Shown here in pieces: positions 57,916-64,000 of a stretch of DNA of 64,000 bases (its first letter is position 1; every line of letters starts with the position of its first letter). The DNA is from Candidatus Daviesbacteria bacterium (lineage in GTDB: Bacteria; Patescibacteriota; Microgenomatia; Daviesbacterales; UBA10151), in contig CP066688.1 of assembly GCA_016432425.1 (NCBI GenBank), forward strand, positions 446,211-510,210, written 5' to 3'. The notes under the pieces were generated by a model. That model worked only from the letters and a program-made list of their open reading frames with translations. It ran no database searches and was not told the origin of the DNA. Position numbers and translations under genes: made by a program.

Positions 57916-58920
57916 TTGTCATCCGGTAATTTCTATGTCAGAATAATGACGGCAAGAATTTTTTTATTCGATAACTTTCTTGTCAAAGGAAATTATTTCG
58001 TGTCAATCAAGTTAATTTTACGCCTGGTTTTGGCTGTGGTGTTTGCCACACTGGCCATTATATATTCTGAGCTCCTGCCGCCCATTGAGGGGGCCAATGC
58101 CTTTCTGTTGCGGGCTGCTATTACTATTTTGTTAGGAGTAATTGGTTTTGCTATTTTCCCGGAGCTGGCTACCAGAGTGACTACTGCCACTATTCATCTT
58201 TTTAATTTAACTATTACCCGGATTTCCACGGAGATTTTAAACCAGATTTTGCGGGTGTCCCGCCAAACCCATGTGAGCCAACCCTCAGTTTTGCCAACTC
58301 GGGGCAGTAATATAAGTAACCCTTTAATCATAGATACCTCAGCCATTATTGACGGGCGGGTACTGGATATTGCCAAAACCGGATTTATCAATGGTTTGGT
58401 ACTAGTCCCTAATTTTGTCTTATTGGAGCTACAACAGGTGGCTGATTCCAAAAGTAGCGAGAAAAGAGCCCGGGGCAGGCGGGGTTTCGAAATAATGGAG
58501 GAGCTAAAGCGGGTCAGTGACTCGTCTGGGGCTAAAATGAAGGTAGAGGTTTGGGATAAAGAGATTAAAGGTAAAGATGTGGATGAAAAATTAGTGAACC
58601 TGACGAAGGCTTTAAATGGGAAAATTCTTACTACTGACTTTAATTTAAACCGTCTGGCCGGGGCCCACAGTGTTTTGGTATTAAATATTAATGATTTGGC
58701 TAATGCCTTAAAAACCATTGCCATCCCCGGAGAAAGACTAAAGATTAAAATTCTGCATTTGGGTAAAGATGCCCACCAGGGAGTAGGGTATTTAGCTGAT
58801 GGGACCATGATTGTGGTCCAGGATGGGGCAGGGGCAGTGGGGAAAACTATTGAAATAGAAGTGACTAAAATTCTGCAAATTCCCGCCGGCCGGATGATTT
58901 TTGCCCAAAAAAGTTCGTAA
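57916..58920 (+). CDS. YacL-like PIN and TRAM domain membrane protein
   Basis: N-terminal TM helices, a PIN domain (LIIDTSAIIDGRVLDIAKTGFINGLVLVP..LLELQQVADS) and a C-terminal TRAM-like beta domain. It follows radA here, as yacL does in the B. subtilis radA-disA-yacL locus. Confidence 0.7.
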   Translation: MSSGNFYVRIMTARIFLFDNFLVKGNYFVSIKLILRLVLAVVFATLAIIYSELLPPIEGANAFLLRAAITILLGVIGFAIFPELATRVTTATIHLFNLTITRISTEILNQILRVSRQTHVSQPSVLPTRGSNISNPLIIDTSAIIDGRVLDIAKTGFINGLVLVPNFVLLELQQVADSKSSEKRARGRRGFEIMEELKRVSDSSGAKMKVEVWDKEIKGKDVDEKLVNLTKALNGKILTTDFNLNRLAGAHSVLVLNINDLANALKTIAIPGERLKIKILHLGKDAHQGVGYLADGTMIVVQDGAGAVGKTIEIEVTKILQIPAGRMIFAQKSS

Positions 58921-58940
58921 AGTGATAAAATGGCCTGGTT

Positions 58941-59912
58941 ATGTCACCGGAAGCTAAAGATGATGGTTTATACCCATCAGGGAATTTCTCCAGGCGGGAT
59001 TTTTTTGACCGCTCTTTTTGGTTACTCTCGATAGCAGGAATTACCCCTAAATATATTGATTATTTATATCAAAAATTTGTTAAGCCCGGAATAGAGAGAA
59101 CTAATCCCGCTGTAATTACAGCCGCACATTCTTTTTGGGAACCAAGATATACCAGGGAATGGGGGCCTATTTTTAAAGGGGGAGTTGAGCAGTTGCAGAA
59201 TCAGGATCCAAACCGGGGGTTAAGTTTATTTGATCAGGTTGCTCAGGCAAAAGGGATGCCGGTTAAGGCTTTAGAAACGGCTTTATACGTAATCAATTAC
59301 GCCATTGAGGAAGGTAATAGACAGTTGAATGCAGGAGAAATTAGTCAGGGGGTGAGAGATTCATACGGATTTTGCTGGGAAGCAGCTGCCTTTAGGGCCC
59401 GTTGGATTTCTCCTGGTTTAGGCAGCAGAGTGTACCAGGCAAATGGTTCCTCGTTTGTTTTGGATGAGGGTACGATGGCTGTGTGGGTCATGGCAGCAGG
59501 CACTAATATTGCCAAAATTAAAGATACTAAAGTAGCTTATGATGCCAACGGTAACAAGCTTTCAGACGCCATTTATCACCGGTTATATGAATGGTTCTTG
59601 AATCCTAATCGCCGGCCTTTTGTGCTTGACCGCCCTAAACCCGGTCAAGAAGGACAGTGGTTTGTGACTTGTTTGGGGGTTACTGAAGACCTCCAATTTG
59701 TCCTGACGGATGATTTTAATAATGGTCCCAACTATTTCCCGGTCAGCCTGGTTAATGCTTATATGGAACCTCAGCCTCTGGCAGCGGGGTTACCCATCCC
59801 TCCTGAACACCAGGAGGGAGTTAATCAATGGTTGGCTAAATGGGATGGGGGTAGAATTCCAGCGGATTTACACTTAGTTTATGATGGTTTATACAATAGC
59901 CAAAGAATTTAG
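58941..59912 (+). CDS. Hypothetical protein
   Basis: 323-aa ORF with no motif. Confidence 0.35.
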   Translation: MSPEAKDDGLYPSGNFSRRDFFDRSFWLLSIAGITPKYIDYLYQKFVKPGIERTNPAVITAAHSFWEPRYTREWGPIFKGGVEQLQNQDPNRGLSLFDQVAQAKGMPVKALETALYVINYAIEEGNRQLNAGEISQGVRDSYGFCWEAAAFRARWISPGLGSRVYQANGSSFVLDEGTMAVWVMAAGTNIAKIKDTKVAYDANGNKLSDAIYHRLYEWFLNPNRRPFVLDRPKPGQEGQWFVTCLGVTEDLQFVLTDDFNNGPNYFPVSLVNAYMEPQPLAAGLPIPPEHQEGVNQWLAKWDGGRIPADLHLVYDGLYNSQRI

Positions 59913-60116
59913 TGACGCAAAGCGTCACTTTTCCACAAAATAATTTTTTCTGTTAATAATAAAAAGTAGGTAGCTAATTTGGGGCTTTGTGACAAGCTAA
60001 AATTGGCTAGATATCCTCTTTGTAAAACTACAGGACTATAGAAATTTTAAGTAAAAAACTCTATGGGTTAGATAAAACTTGACAAATAGTTTTTTTGGTG
60101 CTATGTTAAATCAACT

Positions 60117-60254
60117 ATGATGTTTTTGCAGCGGATGTTCAGCCCTAAAAAGGCCAGACAGTTGAAAAATAGGCAGTCAGAAGTAATTGTGGATCAGGTG
60201 AAGAAATTATTACAGGAAGCGGATCAAAGTATTATCTTAATGGTCCGTAGATAA
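60117..60254 (+). CDS. Candidate small protein (45 aa) with own promoter and terminator
   Basis: ATG at 60117 to TAA at 60252-60254 encodes MMFLQRMFSPKKARQLKNRQSEVIVDQVKKLLQEADQSIILMVRR. TTGACA-17-TATGTT promoter-like at 60079-60112 and a hairpin+T-run immediately downstream. Below the 60-aa ORF-track cutoff. Confidence 0.25.
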   Translation: MMFLQRMFSPKKARQLKNRQSEVIVDQVKKLLQEADQSIILMVRR

Positions 60255-60256
60255 AA

Positions 60257-60300
60257 AGGGTTCCTTGAAGGCAGACGGATCAAGGAGCCTTTTTTATTTG
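60257..60300 (+). terminator. Rho-independent terminator
   Basis: gggttccttga-aggcagacggatc-aaggagcc stem-loop followed by tttttt. Confidence 0.45.
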
Positions 60301-60728
60301 CTTGTACTTTAAAACATTAAAAAAGCATTATTCTCGATTAGAGATGAAGGCTTTTTAGTAAGATTTTGAAAAAAATCCATTAAAAAAGCATTACTACCGC
60401 AGACGGACTCGAATAGCAATGCTTTTTTGATTTAAGTTCGAAAACACAACTTCTAGAGCAGTAAGAAATTATGTTTTCTATAGTTAGAATAGAACAAAAA
60501 TTTAAGGGTTGTCAAGCCCCAATTTTAGGTTCAAATTTAGAAAATTGGATAAATTTTGCCTGCAAAATTAAAGGATTGGAAAAAGTTAAGTTGTGAGCTA
60601 TATTGGGGGTTAGTCTAGGGCAGGGACTAGTCCCCAATATAGAACACAACCACCTCCGTCGGAATGGCAGTAACAGTTCAGTAATAAAAACGTAAAAAAC
60701 ATTGACTTGATAAGGAACCCATAGTAGA

Positions 60729-61415
60729 ATGCAAGTGAACTTCAAGGACATGAGTAACTCATTCAGAGATAAAACAATTAAAATCTGCTTGTTTTTAATA
60801 TCCTTAAGTATATTTTTAAGTGTTTCAGCGACCAATACTTTTGCCCAGCAAAGGCCAGTTCCACCACCCCCAACTCCTCCAGCCCCACCCGCGCCTCCTC
60901 CTCAAGTGCCCCAACCCCCAGCTCAACCTCCTCCTCAGATACCTCCACCGGTAATTAATATACCGGCGCCAATCATTAATCTGCCAGCCCCGGTAATCAA
61001 TATCCCTGCCCCCACAGTGGTTACTCCGCCACCCATGAACCAAAATACCAATGTCAGCAGCAGTAATGCCAACAGTAATGTTAATAATAATACTAATATT
61101 GCCCAGGCCCAGGGTGGGGCAGGGGGGTTTGCCAATGTCAATATATCCGGGGTAGCTCCGGCAGCAGTTCAACCAGTAGTTGTTCAACCGGCACCAGTGG
61201 TGGTGGCCAGACAAGCCGTTCCTGTAGCTCAAGTTTCCGGAGTCAGCTTCATAAAACAATTACCGGCCACTGGTTTGCCGGAAATTGCCTTAGCCAGTTT
61301 AGGTCTCATCCCTTTGGGGTCTATACTAAAAGCATATAAAAGTGGTATAAAAGGTATAAGAGAGAATCATGCTTCCTATATTTGGGAAAAGAGGCAGTTT
61401 AATTATCACAGCTAA
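60729..61415 (+). CDS. Secreted proline-rich repeat protein with C-terminal LPATG sorting-signal-like motif
   Basis: Signal peptide, poly-Pro tract (PPPPTPPAPPAPPPQVPQPPAQPPPQIPPP), VINIPAP/IINLPAP/VINIPAP repeats and an Asn-rich tract. C-terminus is KQLPATG + hydrophobic LPEIALASLGLIPLG + charged tail. Confidence 0.6.
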   Translation: MQVNFKDMSNSFRDKTIKICLFLISLSIFLSVSATNTFAQQRPVPPPPTPPAPPAPPPQVPQPPAQPPPQIPPPVINIPAPIINLPAPVINIPAPTVVTPPPMNQNTNVSSSNANSNVNNNTNIAQAQGGAGGFANVNISGVAPAAVQPVVVQPAPVVVARQAVPVAQVSGVSFIKQLPATGLPEIALASLGLIPLGSILKAYKSGIKGIRENHASYIWEKRQFNYHS

Positions 61416-62458
61416 TGGAGACTAATATTTTTAAACAATCAGTTTTTTGGCAAAGGTTTGTCAGGTTCTTGTTAATCGGATTGTCAGTTTGGTTGTTAAC
61501 CTTTACCCTGCAGGCTTCTCCCACTACCTTACTAGCTTCCCATGCCTGTGTCTCTGTACCGGCAGCAGTTAACATTTCCACGCCTGTCAATAACCAAACT
61601 TTTCCTGCCAACACTTCCAGCGTGACCGTGATCTGGAACCAGGATGCTAATGTTGATTCCTCTAGAATTAGGATGACTGATAACCATACCAATACTATCA
61701 TTGCCTCCACCACTGTGACTACTAATAGTTTTACTACGCCTGCTTTACAAAATGGCCATTCTTTTACAGTGCTGATTGTTCCGGGTAACAGATGTGGAGA
61801 GGGGGCCGGCAGGCAAGTAAGCTTTACCATCGCCTCTGTCCCGCCAATAGGTCAGCTCAGCTGTTCAATCTCCCAAAGATTGTTAGGTCCCTCCGGCAAT
61901 GGTTTTTTATTTGAGCTGATAGGTAGTTCCGGCTTTCCAAACATCAAAAGCTGGGAGTGGTTTACTGTTAATAATGGGGCAAATCGTTTTAATACCGGCC
62001 AGTTCATCCAGCAACAATTTTTCGCCAATGCCACTGTTAGGTTGGTGGTGACTGATACGGAAAACCGTTCCGGCAGCTGCGAGACTGCAATTGTTTTACC
62101 CACCACTCTTCTTCCACCTCCTCCGCCTCCTGTCCAGTGTTTTACCTTCACCGCTACCGAACAAAGATGTATGGGCAATCAACTCTGCAGCGTTAATATT
62201 ACCCAAAATGTCAATAATATTTGTGGCAACCGGGCTGAAACTGCTCCCTTTAACTGTAGCCCTGCCGCACAATGCGGCTTTGTCCTGGTACCGCCGCCAG
62301 CCATCCCTCCTTTACCTCCTCTTCCTGTGCAACTGGGTAACTTACAACAAACTACGGTGGGTGTAGCCAACGCCAATAGTAACGTTAACTCTAACTTCAA
62401 TTCCAGCTCAGCCAGCGCAGGAGCGGGAGGTTCCACCAGTGTGACTATCACTTGGTAA
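61415..62458 (+). CDS. Secreted protein of the same low-complexity family (no LPATG)
   Basis: N-terminal TM/signal. Ends with ANANSNVNSNFNSSSASAGAGGSTSVTITW, paralleling the N-rich GGAGG segment of the two flanking genes; PPPPPP tracts. Confidence 0.5.
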   Translation: METNIFKQSVFWQRFVRFLLIGLSVWLLTFTLQASPTTLLASHACVSVPAAVNISTPVNNQTFPANTSSVTVIWNQDANVDSSRIRMTDNHTNTIIASTTVTTNSFTTPALQNGHSFTVLIVPGNRCGEGAGRQVSFTIASVPPIGQLSCSISQRLLGPSGNGFLFELIGSSGFPNIKSWEWFTVNNGANRFNTGQFIQQQFFANATVRLVVTDTENRSGSCETAIVLPTTLLPPPPPPVQCFTFTATEQRCMGNQLCSVNITQNVNNICGNRAETAPFNCSPAAQCGFVLVPPPAIPPLPPLPVQLGNLQQTTVGVANANSNVNSNFNSSSASAGAGGSTSVTITW

Positions 62459-62470
62459 GTAAAATCGGGG

Positions 62471-63388
62471 TTGACAAATAATCTATCTTATAGTATGATT
62501 GGAGGTATTAAAATGACAAATATATCAAATTTGTTAAAAATATTTTTCCTTGGAGCCAGCTTCATTTTAATGCTGGTTATTTTCCAATTGAGCCATCCGG
62601 CTTCAGTTTCAGCTCAAACCCAAGTTTGTTCCCCTAACCAATGGGATGTTAACCAATGCGCCAGATGCGCCGCTGACGGCAGCAGAATGGGTGCTTTTGG
62701 CAGCGATTATGGGGATTTAAGCAATAAAGCTGCCTGGTGTTCTTGCGCTGCCAGAAATAATGACACTGGTTCTTTAATGAGAGAAAGTTGTCCTCAAGCC
62801 CCCAGGAATGTAACTACCGGTACTACTGCAGTTAGCTGTGATGATTTAGGCAAAGATTTTGGCTTTTGCCCGGGAGTGAGGACTTATGACCAGTGTACCT
62901 TAAGGTTTGAAGGTAACCAGGCATTTTTTGATTGCAAAGCTTCTCAAAACAGTAATTGTATTGGCACTATCAGATGTCAAGCTAAAGATAAGGTAGCAGC
63001 CCAGCCTGCTCCGGCAGCTGCTGCAGTAGTAAATTGTCCGGCAGGGACAACTGTCGGCCAAAATTCCCAGGGAGTGACTGTATGTGTGGCCAATGCTAAT
63101 GTTAATGCTAATGCCAACACTAATATTGCCCAGGCCCAGGGTGGGGCAGGAGGTTCAGCCAATGTCAGTATCACCGGTGCTGCTCCGGCCCAACCAGCTG
63201 CACTTTTAGCCGCTGCTCCCGCAGTTAAACAATTACCGGCCACTGGTTTGCCGGAAATTGCCTTAGCCAGTTTGGGTCTCATCCCTTTGGGGACAGGGCT
63301 CAAAGGTTTCCGCAGGGGTCTTAAAACACTGCGGTCAAATGACCCCAGCTTTATTTGGGAAGATAGACAATTTAAAGGCCAATCTTGA
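62471..63388 (+). CDS. Secreted Cys-containing protein with C-terminal LPATG sorting-signal-like motif (paralog of 60729-61415)
   Basis: Signal peptide (true start probably Met at 62513); NANVNANANTNIAQAQGGAGGSANVSITGAAP; C-terminus KQLPATGLPEIALASLGLIPLG...IWEDRQF. A 63-nt block near-identical to 61257-61319. Confidence 0.6.
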   Translation: MTNNLSYSMIGGIKMTNISNLLKIFFLGASFILMLVIFQLSHPASVSAQTQVCSPNQWDVNQCARCAADGSRMGAFGSDYGDLSNKAAWCSCAARNNDTGSLMRESCPQAPRNVTTGTTAVSCDDLGKDFGFCPGVRTYDQCTLRFEGNQAFFDCKASQNSNCIGTIRCQAKDKVAAQPAPAAAAVVNCPAGTTVGQNSQGVTVCVANANVNANANTNIAQAQGGAGGSANVSITGAAPAQPAALLAAAPAVKQLPATGLPEIALASLGLIPLGTGLKGFRRGLKTLRSNDPSFIWEDRQFKGQS

Positions 63389-63525
63389 CAATAAATTTAT
63401 AGTATGCAAGAATAGGTTTGTAAGCCTGTTTACTTCGGGACGAATAATTTTAAAATCTAAATTTCCAATTTTAAATCAAATCTAAATGTTTTAAAACTTA
63501 AAATTTAAAATTTAAAATTAATTAT

Positions 63526-64000
63526 TATGCCTCGAGTTACTAAATCCTTTAAACCAAAAAATCAGTCGTCAGAAGAAATAACTGCTGATCAGTTAGTGGG
63601 GGAGCCAACTTCCCCTGTCATTCCGAGCGCCAGCGAGGAATCTCTGACGAATGACAATCACAATTCCTATCGCCCACGCTATGGTAATGGTGGTTATCAA
63701 AATGGAGGCCGGGATTATTCCGACCGTGACCGTGATGTGCCCACGGAAAAAGTGTCCGGTATTTTGGATATCATGCCGGAAGGCCATGGGTTTTTACGCC
63801 CCAAATACGTCCCTTCCAGCAGTGATGTTTATATTTCTGCTTCCCAAATTCGCCGTTTTAACCTCCGCCCGGGTGATTTAGTAGATGGGGCTGCCCGTCC
63901 GCCCAAAGAAAATGAGCGCTATTTTGGACTGTTGCAGGTAGATAAAATCAACGGTCAAGAGGCAGAGAAATTTGTTTCCCAGGACGGATCTCGGATCAAA
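63526..64000 (+). CDS. rho: Transcription termination factor Rho (5' partial, runs off window end)
   Basis: Open frame from ATG 63526 to the window end encodes ...[67 protein letters not shown], the canonical Rho N-terminal RNA-binding region. Missing from the ORF track because there is no stop in the window. Confidence 0.85.

Noticed and set aside
63593-63881. ORFs 63593-63787(-) and 63651-63881(+)
   Set aside because: They are out of frame with the clearly recognisable rho reading frame (63526 onward, frame 1), which has no stop before the window end.

Overview
This window looks like a Candidate Phyla Radiation (Patescibacteria-type) genome segment; I judge this from gene content and the rRNA signatures, without a database search. 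The largest single feature is a fragmented, intron-laden rRNA locus. The 16S gene (39921-42091) carries an ~818-nt group-I-like intron that encodes a four-helix-bundle IVS-family protein, and the 16S also appears to lack ~100 nt of the universal 900-region. The 23S gene (~49715-55122) carries three group I introns, each with a LAGLIDADG homing-endonuclease ORF. The 16S and 23S are separated by ~7.6 kb of protein genes: a free-standing LAGLIDADG endonuclease, tRNA-Cys, a Nudix hydrolase, tRNA-Ile, pgk, gap, a deoxyhypusine-synthase-like gene, agmatinase, then tRNA-Ala. A divergent 5S follows the 23S. Other content I consider well supported: Fic and GGDEF proteins; an archaeal-type ATP-dependent DNA ligase next to an EndoQ-like PHP protein; pth, DsbA-like, DUF3105-like and ZIP transporter genes; an isoprenoid cluster with an unusual cis/trans-prenyltransferase fusion, an isopentenyl phosphate kinase, a second polyprenyl synthase and uppS; a minus-strand surface operon (type-IV-pilin-like protein plus a 1084-aa Cys-rich giant); cdaA, radA, a YacL-like PIN/TRAM protein, an S1-domain protein and a partial rho at the 3' end. 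The most novel candidates are three. First, an apparently AT-richer accessory block (28.3-38.2 kb) with a truncated sugar nucleotidyltransferase, a GT4 glycosyltransferase, a DHQS-like sugar-phosphate cyclase, two ATP-grasp ligases (one Ddl-like) and a C39-like cysteine peptidase. Second, a family of three secreted low-complexity proteins, two ending in LPATG sorting signals and sharing near-identical nucleotide blocks. Third, short motifs recurring across the rRNA locus. All functional calls rest on motifs I recognise by eye; nothing was searched or computed beyond the supplied ORF track.
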